DNA of 63,854 nt, filler included, from Nemertoderma westbladi (lineage: Eukaryota; Animalia; Xenacoelomorpha): assembly GCA_032718475.1 (NCBI GenBank). It is 3 parts of 3 records of this genome, joined end to end, with 100 filler letters (N's around TTAATTAATTAA, not from the genome) between each part and the next. Parts side by side here need not be neighbours in the genome. Positions count along the whole stretch, not along the records: positions 28,762 to 52,671 come from JAUCBJ010003828.1; positions 52,772 to 63,854 come from JAUCBJ010006084.1; 1 more part is not named here. The stretch is one strand, 5' to 3'. The notes under the pieces were generated by a model. That model was given only the letters and a program-made list of their open reading frames with translations. It ran no database searches and was not told where the DNA came from. A program made the position numbers and the translations under genes. Of this stretch, positions 46,201 to 59,359 are shown piece by piece (position 1 is the stretch's first letter; each line of letters opens with the position of its first letter).

Positions 46201-47838
46201 TTTGTATTACATATTGAACAGTTTTCTAATGGACTAGTTGTCTACTAGTAATAACAAATGTGAACCATCATATTACAATAGCTAGTAATAATTATTCTGG
46301 GAAACAACCATAAACTTATTTTTTTTTAATTCCGCAGGCTCTGAGAATAATTCACGTGCTGCGCGAAGTCTTCATGTGCAGCATGAACTTTTCATGTGCC
46401 GCTTGAAGGCTTCTCATTCTGATCAAAAAGCTTTCCGAGGAGCTCGATTAATTAACGTGCTTTATGAAGAATTTAAGTGCTACGTGAAACCTTCACCTGC
46501 TGCGCAAATGTCTCACGTGCTGCGCGAAGGTTTCACGTGCTGCGCAAAGCTTAATGTTCTGAGTAAAGGCTTATTATAAAATTATGTGGAAATTTTTATA
46601 TAATTTTGAATGTTTCTAAAGGTTATCTCATTATTCCATGACTATTTATTACTAAATGACGAAATAGTATGCGATCAAATCAATACGCCAAAATGTAATT
46701 TGTTCACGTGCTGCGCGAAGTGTTTTTTGGCAAGCACTCTAAAATTATTTTAACAGGTTGTTAAAAGTGGGTAGGGGTTTTTTTGAACCAACTTTCATGA
46801 AATCCATTAAGAAATCACAAAATATGGATAGGGGATAACCAATGGGAAAAGAAAAGGAGATACTGTGTTCACCATCTCCTCGTAACTCAAATATTTTAAT
46901 ATAATATAGTATAAGTATAAAATAATCAACCTACAGTATAATACATTTCAGTTCGTAGCAATAAATACAGTATACATAATTACTTTCATTATTTAATTAG
47001 TAAGAGTCGACCGTGAGCTGACCACGTGACCAGAATGCAGTCAACAGTCTGACTGAGACTGACAGCTGTAAAATAGCTAGTCAGTACAACAGCAGTAAGC
47101 TGTCTGCAGTCTGGCAGTCTCAACTCACCATGTCTGACATGTGCGGATTTTCCCACTAATATTCTGAAGTTAGATGGTTAGATAGTTAGACGTAGATATA
47201 GATTTTGCTTGCATACCCTGTAATATAATATTGTACTATTACCTCTAAGACAGTGCGGGACCGGTAACTATTTTATAAAGAACAGACAGAAGTATACGGT
47301 ATTATTAACTGCCCGATAATATTAATCTCATTCAGTCATTATTTAGTCATTTATCAATAGGCCTACCCTAGATTAGTTGATTTCTGGATTTATTATTATA
47401 TGTAATGTAACGGTACCATACCTAACTCTGTAAATAAAATAAATGCAAGTATATTATTATGTTATCATATATTTATCTTTTACCAATCTATCATCCAGTA
47501 CTGTAGTGGACTAAAGCCTTATCTAGCCGGAATAGCGTCAAGGTCCTAGCTTTTCGGTTATAATTAGATTAGGTGGATTATATCCTGGACCTTGCACTCG
47601 TCAGACAGTTGGATTGTTCGTCTTTTTCTTTTATACTTAGAATTCCCAAACCAACCGAAACAGCCAAATGCAGACAGACAGACAAATTTGAAATTAGTTA
47701 GGATAGGAGGCGGGCGATGTCCTTTATAATCAGAATATTAGAGGATTAGTTCAGTAGTTAGGGGCCTACCGTCTGACCGTAGGCCTACAGCTTTTTAGGC
47801 TAGTCATCTACCAGTTGCCAGTCTACAGATCTAGGCTA

Positions 47839-49561
47839 GGGTAAACTGGGGTAATTTGGGACATGGGGGAATTTGGGACAGGCTGGGGTAATTTGGGACA
47901 AGTCTTTTCTTAACTGTACTGCTGTAAGTGCAGTGGGGTTTGGTGGGTTGTTTAAATTATAGGCCTACACTTATCTTCATACTTTCTCTAGCTCTTTTAA
48001 ATGCTGTAGGGCTGTCGGGTAGACTAGCCGTCACAGGTAAGTCGCAAGTGTAAGGTGTTCGCTTTCAGATATTTCGCCCTCTAGCAGCAGACTGGAGAAC
48101 TGCAGCAGCAGCAGATTAATCACCTTCCTCAAAAAGACACAGCATGTAGTCGTGGTCAGGTACTTATATTCCAAGACTCAGCTTAAACAGATTAAGATGA
48201 AGAAAATGGAGACATAGGCCTATGGGTAAGCGGAAGATCACTTTCATACATTTTGCCCTCTAGGAGCAGACTGGAGAACAGAACTGCAGACCAATTACCG
48301 ACCCCACCAAGACTGCAAGACACACTACTGACGCAGGATGTATTCTAAAGAGAGCACATACTGATACATACAGACAGACAGACAGACAGACAACATATTT
48401 GACAAGTTTCAGCTAGGACGGATCATAAATAATGGAATGAGTCAAGGATGTCACTTTCAGACATTTTTGCCCTCTAGCGGCAGACTGGAGAACAGATGAC
48501 CGATAACCTTCTTCCCAAAGATTCAACATGTGGTATAGTAGGGCCTATCGAGTAGCATAAGGTAATCGAATTAGAATCACGGAAATGGGAGAAGGTTTTC
48601 CAGTTTTCACTTTCAGACATTTCGCCCTCTAGGAGCAGACTGGAGAACTGCAGATGAATCACCTTCCTCAAAAAGACACATCATGTAGTCGTGATCTGGT
48701 ACTATACTGCTATATTCCAAGACTCAACTTAAACAGATTAAGATCAAGTATATGGCAAAATGGGTACAGGGGAAGTGGAAGGTTATCATTTTCATACATT
48801 TTGCCCTCTAGTGGTAGACTGAAGAAATGCAGACCACTTACCGACCCCTCCAAGACACAGCAGCAGCAGCACATTGATGCAGGATGTATTCTGGCTGAGC
48901 ACATACTGGCATAAAGACAGACAGACATACAATATATTTTTGACAAGTTTCAGCTTGAACGGATCATAAATAACGGAATGAGCCAAGGATTTCACTTTCA
49001 GATATTCGGCCCTCTAGCGGCAGACTAAAGAACTGCATGCAGATTAGCCCCCTTTGAATGACACATGACAGCTATGAGCTAATGGTCGGTCTAATACAAG
49101 TATGACAAGTTTCAGCATTGTCTTTTGTTCGGATTAAATGCAGAGAGATGGCAGATGGGAGGACATTTATTAATGTTTGACATGTAGCCCTCTAGCGGGA
49201 GACTGTTGTACTGATTGTGTCGAACAGTCTCTAAAATCCCAACTTTTGGTCTTATTGATGCATTGTACAATTTCTCAACAAAGTTTGTGTCAATTACAAT
49301 GGGCTACTACTGTTCGATTTATGTTATGTCCCAAATTCCCCCAACTGTCCCAAATTACCCCATGCTGGGGTAATTTGGGACATTGATGAATATTAATTAA
49401 AAAAAGGTAATTAATTATTTGAAAATGAAAATTAAGTAATTAGTTTGATAGAATGGGTACACGGTGCATACTTGATAAGGTCGGATTATCAAAAAAATGT
49501 TTTTAAGATTCTGAAAAAAGCTTTAAAGGACGATTTTGTCTCAAATTACCCCAGTTTACCC
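47839..49561. mobile_element. Non-autonomous Tc1/mariner-pogo-type element (TA TSD) with internal satellite-like repeats
   Basis: TA|GGGTAAACTGGGGTAATTTGGGACA ... TGTCTCAAATTACCCCAGTTTACCC|TA. Subterminal GGGGTAATTTGGGACA repeats at 47848-47900 and 49327-49382. Confidence 0.88.
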
Positions 49562-50611
49562 TATATAACTTTCAGACTGTTTAACGACGGAACGGTAGGC
49601 TTATATCTGTATATGGCAGTACTGCAGTATGGGTAGGTCAGTAGGTAGGTAGGTTACAGCATATTTCAGTATTTAGCTGTTTAGGCAGTTAGGCCTATCA
49701 GCCTATGTAAATTATTGATTGGTTAATATTTGGAAATTTTGAATTTAATATTATAGGCCTAATGTCAAAATGCTGGAATGATTATAATATGATATATATA
49801 TATATATACGTAGGCCTACATTATATACCGGTTCAGTAGGCCTACTGATGATTACCTTTTCTGCCTTTCAGTTTGTGTAGGCTTAATTTTGTTTGTATTT
49901 GGATACCGGTAAGTAGGCCTAATTTTGAGTAATTTATGAAATTTGAATAATATTGTTATTTAATGTTGATTGTCTTATGAATATGATATGATATGACTGT
50001 ATGATATATATTATAATGGCAGATTTTCTTCTTATGTAATAGGCCTACTGTAATAGGCAGAATTTTAATACCGGTATTGCTAAACTTATTTGGCTGGATT
50101 GTTGATAGGCAGATACACGTCTATTACTTAAGTAAATACAGAAAGACTGACAGATAAAATTTGAACAGACCGGAATATTTATTATAATTATGATAACTTT
50201 AGTAGGCCTTTATATATACCGTCGATACTATATATGAAGGAAACTTGTACATGAACATTGTTGACGAATACCTCAGTACCTGTCTGCCTGTTTCTCTTTA
50301 GTTGGTAGGCCTACCCCTATCAAGAAATTAATTATATACGGATATAGGCCTAGGCCTAAATAAATTATAGGAAAGAAATTGCCGTTCTGCCGTTATAGCG
50401 GTAGGTATATATTACTGTAGGTTTACCAGACAGCCAGAAAGGAGAAAGGAATTATATAAAGGACTTATCTCTACAGCACGATATTTGTTTGAAATAGGCA
50501 GATAGGGAGTGATAGGAATAGAAAGTTGATATAAGACTAATATATAATTAGAAGTAAGAAAGAATACAAATTTATAAATAAATAAAATTTGTAATAACAA
50601 AGGGATATAAA

Positions 50612-52671
50612 ATGGAACAGAAAGATTTAGAAAGTAATGTTGACAGTACCAGTACAGTAGTTAATGTTGTACAAACCTCGCAACCTGCAGGTGCAGAGGC
50701 AAGTGCAACATGCCGAGACAAGCATATGACACGATCTGGAACTTGCTATAGTGGGTCGCTTGATGGTCGGAGAGTTGCTGAAAATGTTCGTTCTAGCTCT
50801 CGAGGTTTGGCCAACCTGGGGAGTCAGGATCGGGTAAAGCAGCTCAAACGATCTATCACGACTTCACGAACGCATATCCAATCTGTTATAGACAAGTTGT
50901 CGGCTAGAATTAGTGATAATGCCAGATTGGAGGAAGTACGAGATATAATAAATAGAACAGACCATTCTTTACAGACATATCATATTAATTTTCAGGAACT
51001 AGTACGTTTAGCAGGAGTAGATGATTCTAAGTATGTGACAGCACAAACTAAGGAAAAGGATGCACTTAATAATTCATGGAATAGATTAAAGAAAAAGTGT
51101 GGAATAAATAATAGTGTAGGTGATGTAAATAAGAATGTGCTAGGATTTGGGGAGACGATTTTAGCACAAGAATTTCTAGTTGAACCTGATGTACCAAAGG
51201 AAGGAATTGACCTTCAAAAAAAGTGCTCCAATTATGTTCAGAATGTAAATTTTGAAGAAGATATTTCTGTATGTAATGAATCAGTAGCAAGTAGTTTAGG
51301 TAGCAGTAAATCTCATAGTAGTAAACGGTCGAGGTCTTCAGCACGAAGTTCGGCCAGCTGTACTATGGAGCGAATTATTGAGTTAAGAGTGAAGGCCCGT
51401 AAAGAACGTGTAGCTGCTCAAGTCAATGCTAAACTTCAAGGGGAGATAATTAAGAGTGACTTAGAAATAGCAAAGAAAGCAGCGGCATTAGAAGCAGGTA
51501 GGAGAGCAAGCAGTAGTGCCATCAATTTTCAGAAAGAGTTATTGAAAGTTGATTTACAACAGCAGGAAAAGCTTTTGATATCAGAAACGGAGCTGAAAAA
51601 CAAAAAATGTGAAGCTGAAAATACAAAGCGCAGAAATAGTTTAGAGCAGGAACGAATTTGCAATGAGAAACGTTTGGACTTAGAGAGAATTGAAGAAGAA
51701 AATCGGCAACAGTTAGAGAAGATTAGATATGAAAGTGAACAAGCTGCACTGGAGAAGACATTAGTTGAACAAAGAATTGAGAAAGAACGGACTCTGACTC
51801 AAATAGAAACGGAACAAGAGCGTTTAAATAAAGAGAAGGAAGCTGAGCTCAGTGCGGAGGAGAGTAGGAGAAGATTGCATGAAGAAACTGTCAATAGATT
51901 AATATCAGCCGATAATCTTAACTTTGAGGAGGCACAATGGGTAAGATATTATGAAAATACCCATGGAGAGGTAATCAGTACAACTACAGCTGAATTGGAT
52001 CAGGAAGCCGATGATTTCGATACCAGTATTGATAATCTGGTGTCAGATGCAATTAGTAGTATCAATGTACCGGAATTATTCAATGAATCACAGCCTCTTG
52101 ATAATATTACAGTATTAAGAAATGTAGGCAGAGCAGATACAGATGATGAACCAAAGGTAGTTAATGTAGGTTATTCATTAGAACCAGCAGTTAGTATTAG
52201 TGGACCCATTTGTTCTGAAATGGTAAATTTAGATACAAATTTTTTGCAAGATATAGGTCTAACTACTCAAGGGATTAGCACCTCAGCTAGGCTGAGCAGT
52301 GATGTAGGATTGGTTCAATGTGTGGCAGGTTCTAATGTTGCTACAAAAATTTCAACATCCCAAAGGGGCTCAGATGTATTAAATGTACATTTTAATAAAA
52401 AGAGAGATCCAGAGCCTCTCAGTGTACACAAACAAGCCAGTAGCTTACAAAATTCAAATAGCAGTTTGATAACATTTTTTGATGATTATCACTTTAATGA
52501 CAGTTTTGAAGATCTAAATGTAGGCATATCTTCTGCATCAACGCCTTTGATGCCTGTCACTACTACAACCCCACATTTACAACCGAGATTGCATGTCCAT
52601 TTTGATCCCAATATGGATATTAATTCTTTCAATAGAGAACCTATTTTAAAAAATCGACAAGAGAGTCATAC
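50612..52671 (+). CDS. Long ORF truncated by the gap; resembles the N-terminal Gag region of BEL/Pao LTR retrotransposons
   Basis: >680 aa open. Ser-rich SSKSHSSKRSRSSARSSAS followed by a long E/K/A coiled-coil, as in BEL/Pao gag N-termini. No diagnostic domain before the gap. Confidence 0.55.
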
Positions 52672-52771
52672 NNNNNNNNNNNNNNNNNNNNNNNNNNNNN
52701 NNNNNNNNNNNNNNNTTAATTAATTAANNNNNNNNNNNNNNNNNNNNNNNNNNNNNNNNNNNNNNNNNNNN
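52672..52771. other. Assembly gap (N spacer with TTAATTAATTAA linker)
   Basis: N run. Confidence 0.98.
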
Positions 52772-53074
52772 CAAATAATGCCTACAATAATTACTTTCGG
52801 AAAGCACTGTACACTAAACCCTAAATTAGGTACGAGTACTTGTACAACAGATAATCAGTAGTTAAATATACTTGAACAGCTAAAAGAACCACGGCATCTG
52901 CTGGAGTGACCGGTGCACAAAATCACCAGTCTTTACCTACGCCAAGCAGACCGTGTAGTACCGGGGTTAATTTAACTATAGCGGTATGTATAACAAACAC
53001 AATTACTGTAGGAACAAACTTGGGGAATGAATGTTGCGGATAATCGCATAAACTCTGAATAATAAATATTACGC

Positions 53075-53635
53075 TACGCGTACAAACTACTCAAACAAAA
53101 TGCAGACCAAATAACGACAGACTACCATCAAGCCTAAACAAACTACGGTATATGCAGACTCCGAAATAATTAGGTAGTATGCGTTCTAACCCAGTAGTAC
53201 GACTTATTCTTTAATTGGGGGTTTACCTTACAGCATTCGCTGCCCCTACTTCCTAACCGTTCTTTATCGGACAAGTGATCTACACACGCTGCAATCCGTT
53301 CAGACTCAACAACAGCCAGACAACTATCCAGCCTACAAATTATCTAAATAAAATTATACGCTACCCGTACAGACTTACACAAACAAAGTACAGACTAAAC
53401 GATGGCAGACTACTCTCAAGCCTAAATAAACTACAGGACATGCAGACTCCGAAATAATTAGGTAGTATGCGTTCTAACCCAGTAGTACGACTTATTCTTT
53501 AATTGGGGGTTTACCTTACAGCATTCGCTGCCCCTACTTCCTAACCGTTCTTTATCGGACAGGTGATCTACACACACTGCAATCCGTTCAGACTTAACAG
53601 CAATCAGACAACAGCTCAGCCTACAAATTGTCTAT
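53075..53635. repeat. ~288-bp tandem duplication
   Basis: ATGCAGACTCCGAAATAATTAGG...GCAATCCGTTCAGACT at 53152 and 53440. Confidence 0.9.
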
Positions 53636-56110
53636 ACAATCTGATCAGGCTTACACGTCTTCTGTTCAATACTGGCCTACAAACAAATAAAACTTGACAG
53701 AAATAAGTAAAATCTCAATAAAAAACCAGGGCGGCCGTTCCCTGATTAAATACTAAGACCTACCGGTATACAACAATCAAATCGAATAATACTAATGTAC
53801 TTATACGGGAAGTACCGGTTAGGACAGTTAGGCCTACGGACCTACAGAAGTACCGGTTCTGGCAGTTGGACCTACGGGCCTACGGCAGTACCGGTTCTGG
53901 CAGTTGGGCCTACTGACCTACAGATGTACCGTTCAGGTTTACTGGTTGACCGGTACTTTCAACTTTATTGCTTACTGCAATAAAGAAGCAATATCCTTTA
54001 ATGTTCGCGCTTTCAGACCTTTGGCAGTTTAACCCGCCAAATTAAGATGTCTTCTAGATATTAAATCGCTTTTTAGCCTATGACAAGTATTTGATTCACT
54101 ACACTAGTCGAAACCAATCTGTGCGCGATCATTCACCCGCTGGATATTCCCGGGAGATTGGGTTCGACGGTTTAATTTTATTGCTATGTAAGCCTAATGT
54201 ATTATTCGACTGACAGTATTATATAATCTCTGACAATATTATTCACCTTCGGGAATATTAACAGTTCCTTTAGGACGTGGCGCTTTATTTATATAAACAG
54301 AGTTATGACTTAAACTACTCACAACGATATGGCTTAATTATAATTCACATATATGGCGCATTCTTTAGGAAATGCTTCTTTAACAGACTCACTCATACAC
54401 AATGCTGCACAATACTGCACACTAATCTGCCGATCTTCACTGATTTTAGTCACATATAAAAGGAACACAGACTGACTCATGTAGGGTCTATCAAATAACA
54501 TTAGATTCACTTCAAACCACTTTAACATAAGTCACAATCGTTTATCTGTAACCTTTCTCTCTTACCTTCGGTATATCAAGAATATTGGGTTTCGGGGTTA
54601 TTTATCGTTATTCCAAATATAATTATTCATCAACCATATTATGAAGAACTGACAGTAAATAGCAGTATAAAACAACAACTGAACACTGATTGTTATGAGT
54701 TTGCAATGTTTCAGCAGAGTGATATTCACAGAGTTTGGTCGGTATGTCAGGTTAAAGGATATATGTCCTTATAATTAAACCTACTAGTGTTGAGCTAAAA
54801 AGCAGAAAAGCACAAAACACTATAAAGCCGTTCTTTCGTGGCTTTGAAAAACTCGTGACTACTACTCTATACGAGTATACCAACTGCACTTATTCCACGA
54901 AGCTCCCGTTCAACACAGAGAAAGAGCAGTGAGATAGGAAAATTTCAGTTCAGTAGCTCTGTGATAGGTCAAATCAAGGCTAACTCAAATTCTATTGGGA
55001 GATACAAAAACAGGGCTATGACGCAACCTTCTTAGGCTGGTTGGCCGATTAAACAGAGCCCAGATACCTGCGTACAGCAAATCAGCCAATAAGCTGGTAG
55101 CTTGCACTATTTTAACTATAGATCCCTTTTTGAGTATTCTAGCGACCGGGGGGGGGAACTGGCCAGCAAAGCAAACGAACCAGTTATCCCACAAAAGCTT
55201 TTACAGGGTGGGTGACGGCAAATTAAATATATATTATGTTATAGTAGCCTACATAATGATTAATACTCTCCATAGCAAAAAATAAGCTGGCATGGAAGTT
55301 AACTTATTCATTTCTGCTAACAAAGAACACGGCAGCTATTGTTTACCATCAGTGTTAATATAATCGGACACCCAGATAAACGACATAGACAGTACTCATA
55401 ATATATTGCCAGCTGCTATTAAATAGTCACCACCAGTAAGATCAAATAACACCAATAAATCTCAACCATGGTTTGACAAAGACTGCTACAGTATCTACAA
55501 CGTGTTCTCCAACTTCACCACCTTGCCAAGTCAAACTCAGATGAAAAGGAGTGTGTTTGTAAACCAAAAAGAACTTATAAGGAACCCTTTGGAGAGAAAC
55601 GGAAATCTTTCTTAAAAAAGATTTCCATTTACAGTTTTTATCAATGAGCTTCTTTTTAGTTTTTACTGATCTATGTTGCTCCATACTTTTTATTTGAATG
55701 TTAATACTTTTTTAATTGGGTAAATAGTTTTAGTGCCCTTGTGTATAGGCCTACTATATTTACTGCCCTACTTTGTTATATGTCTTCAGTCCTTTACGGC
55801 AGGCCCGTAGCCAGTATAAGGCGAAGGTAGGCGCCGCCTACCCAAACGTGGGTCTCGCCTACCCAATTTTTTGGAAGAAATTTTACTTCATTAGTAATAA
55901 TTTTACATTTTTACACATCCATTTTCTGGTTCCATGCGTCTTCTTTAAACATTAGCCTTATAGTAATCAAACATCGCTACAAATTACGCTCAGATTGTAA
56001 GTTACTTTCATTTTAATAATACCTTTCATAGGCCAACACTGTTACAGTACTACTACTACAGTACAGCAGGGCCTACTCCACCCTTACAGTGATCGAACTC
56101 TGGTCCTGTA

Positions 56111-56530
56111 AGGTACGCAGCAAACTTCGCCCGCGTCCTATCTTTGCCCGGAGCAATCTTCGCCCTCAATGAGCAACTATCGCCCGGCGGAAACACCTTC
56201 GCCCGCAGGCAATCTTCGCCCGCGAGCAACCTTCGCCCACTAAACAATGATTGTTTTGGTGAGAAAAAGCGGTCTCTGTTTAATCTTCTCATTTCCCTCA
56301 ATTGGTAACAACATCGTTTATTATTTTAGTTAGAAAAAGCCGTCTCTGTAACCTGCTGCTTTCCCTCACTTGGTAACTAAAATGGTTTCTAACACAAATC
56401 TTATTGGGCGAAGGTTGCTCGCGGGCGATTGCCTTGCGGGCTAAGGTTTCCCCCAGGCGAAGGTTGGATGCAGCGAAGATTGGACACGGGCGAAGGTTGT
56501 ATTGTAAGTGGGCGAAGGTTGCACACAACC
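56111..56530. mobile_element. Foldback-like MITE nested in the hAT element
   Basis: Left arm has repeated CTTCGCCC, right arm repeated GGGCGAAGG (inverted). Confidence 0.65.
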
Positions 56531-56812
56531 ATCTTGTAATGGTACATACAGTATTTTGCTTAGAATAGAATCGGCTTATGACAGTATGATGTAGCTAGCT
56601 ACTGTAGTAGGTAGGTACCTGTTGAGTCTGTTGTGTACTGTACTACCAATAAAAGGTATGTTTATCTGCAACTCACCCCCACCTTTTTAGGTCCAGCACG
56701 ACATCTAGTATTCACTCCGTTGTTGGTGTTATGGTGTTCTTGTTGTTAATTTCCAGTTGGGTTTTAGGTTTATAACAGTTTAGTTTTGTTTAGATAATTT
56801 GAGCTTCATACG

Positions 56813-56970
56813 ACGCAGTGGCGATGTTGGTAGAGCGTTGGACTTGGAATCTCTAGGCCTACATACCGAGTTCAATCCCACTTACCGGTAAGTGTTTTTG
56901 GTAGTAAGCTATTAAAGGAGTCAGCGTTATTAGACTGGTAGACGTGGACCTGCGCGATTTCGCGCTTGTT
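56813..56970 (+). mobile_element. tRNA-derived SINE nested in the hAT element
   Basis: A-box-like GTGGCGATGTTGGTAGAGCG and B-box-like GAGTTCAATCCC, followed by a non-tRNA body. Confidence 0.65.
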
Positions 56971-57391
56971 TATGTTGTCCTTTTTATACAAACGATGAAC
57001 TGATGGCGGACTCCATGTAGACCCTACTGTACAGTAGTTTTGCTTTTACCTACTCTACACAATTAAATATTATAAAATTTATCCAAATTAACATTTGCGC
57101 CTGCCTACCCTGATATTCCCTCGCCTACCCAACTAAATAATCCTGGCTACGGGCCTGCTTTACGGTATTTTTCGCTCTTACCTACTGTACAACCTTCATT
57201 GTAAGTGCCCTGAGCCTGTTGATGGCCTTAAAAATATTTGTTTTTTTTACCAAAAATGTGCTAAAGTCTACCTTGTTGTTTTCAAGTATTTCTACATTGA
57301 GTAAATAAATAAATAAAAACATTAGAATTAGATCTTATAATCGGATGCAGAATCAAACCCGTATTAATGGTAAAAAAAAGGCAGTGAGCTA

Positions 57392-57487
57392 GAGCCGCAC
57401 AAGTTGCCCAATTCCTTTTGAGGAGCCGCACAAGTTGCCCAATTCCTTTTGAGGAGCCGCACAAGTTGCCCAATTCCTTTTGAGGAG
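57392..57487. repeat. 31-bp unit x3
   Basis: GAGCCGCACAAGTTGCCCAATTCCTTTTGAG in tandem. Confidence 0.95.
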
Positions 57488-58264
57488 TCGGATTCGCATT
57501 TCAGTAATTCCTTTCAGAAAAATATCCTTGAGAACTGACAGCAGTGGAACCAAACTTACCAGAATCGTTGACAACCGACCAACCCGATGAAATAAATGCG
57601 GATTTAACTTATGAGGTAATGTATAAGTAAAAAATATGTTAATGGTCAGATAAATGTTGCGTCACGAGCAGTACTGTATACTACTCATGTTTTTTCAAGT
57701 GTGTAAAGGTGGTCCTGATGTCTATCTCTCACAGATAATATTTTCATTTAGTAACTTGTTTAATTTTCGCTGAACTCAAAAACAGATTGGTGAGTAGGCT
57801 TAGTATATTGAAACTTCTTCGCCATTATTCCATCAGGACAAAGTGAGAAGTGGTAGCAGAAGTGGTTCAGTTAGAAATTACTGTGTGTCCACCATTCTTT
57901 CAACGTTGGTGCCGTGCCGCATAAACATCTGGTGTATAGTACTACTTGCATCGTGCATCATCTTCTGAATACTGGGGGGCAGGTAACGCTGCGATGCAGG
58001 TTACTACTGAGGACGACTGTGTAGAGGTATGATTTTACAAAGAGATTGTGTGGTAGGGTATGGTGGACTAGACAGGACCCCCACCAACCACACCCCCCCC
58101 CCCCCCTCCCCCCACCCTATACCGTTACTATTTTGTCATGAACTCGTAATGTGTGGTGGACTTTGAGCTCTAACAGCTTTACCATTTAGAAGTATATAAG
58201 GCAATTCATAAAATAGACCTTCGTAACTGTAGGATTATATACATTTATTGGACGAGTTGTTACA

Positions 58265-58410
58265 TTCCTGGGCTTCAAATCGGGAGGCCCAGGTTCGATA
58301 CCTAGATAAGGCAGCTCTGTTTAAGCACATTGTTCTTAAATATTAGTCTGGCCTAACCCAGGCTTTTATCTTTCAGGGGTCGAAAAATGGAAACCAAGGT
58401 AACGTGGGAT
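58265..58410 (+). mobile_element. tRNA-derived SINE fragment
   Basis: GGAGGCCCAGGTTCGATACC (B box), then CAGGCTTTTATCTTTCAGGGGTCGAAAAATG body motif. Confidence 0.55.
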
Positions 58411-59359
58411 GCAGTCTGGAAGGTTTTAATGTGGAAAATCACCAAGGAGTGCCTTTTCCTTGGCCATATGAGACAAAAGCTTCTTTTCCCTTTCATTTAC
58501 ATCTATTATAAACCTTTACCATATATTATTATGCAGTTACGACCACATTCAATATTGTGCAATATACAAGATATTATAGTATACATACTACATCTTACTA
58601 CATATTATAGTAACCCGACCACATACTGTATAAGGCATACTGTATTATAGTAAAGTATGGGGACTGCACCCTGCAGTTCATACACAATAATAATTTAATA
58701 TTATACAGATAATCATTTTTATACAGTAATCATAGAGGTGCCTACTGTACATATATTATACAAACCACTACCTTAAATAATGCATACAATAATGTGCAGA
58801 AAATAATACAAAACTTTAGTAACCAATAAACAAGAAAAGTGGAAAATATACATTGGAGAATATACGTACATTAGATAGTCCGAAATTGACTTTTTTTTAC
58901 AGATTTTGATTTTCAGCCATGTTTATGCGTTTTGAGGTTGTTTCACAAATTAAATAATATTTTCTTAAAAGGACGAAGGATCACACGATGAAGGGATTTA
59001 AAATTCCATCAATAGACTTCAACTTTTTTTTCACTTTAGTCCAACCAATAATGCCTTGAGCGAATTGGGCAGATCTCATGTCCACTATCCGAGTTCGCTC
59101 CAATTACAATTTCCCCAAATCCTCTACTTTGAGGATAAGTTCATATTGCACTGATCTCAGCGGCTCGTGATTATCATATCAGAGACGCATACATGACCAC
59201 ACAATTTGGAATTAACTATTGAACTACTGTGTATTGGGCAACAAATTTACCATTACAAATTGACAGAATTTGAGAAAAGGCTACTGAAGCGGGATTTTCA
59301 AATTATAAATGTGTTTCTCAATAGAGGTATTGTACAACCGGTATTATTATATTATTCAT

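Larger units (their letters stand above)
55800..57157. mobile_element. Non-autonomous hAT element with nested insertions
   Basis: Perfect 15-bp TIR CAGGCCCGTAGCCAG / CTGGCTACGGGCCTG; 8-bp TSD CTTTACGG (55792-55799, 57158-57165); subterminal CGCCTACCC motifs. Confidence 0.92.

Noticed and set aside
53700-55220. LTR/PBS of a minus-strand retroelement after the second gap
   Set aside because: No second LTR, PBS or coding remnant could be shown.
56813-56885. tRNA gene
   Set aside because: A/B boxes are present but there is no proper cloverleaf or acceptor stem, and it continues into a repeated body; called SINE instead.
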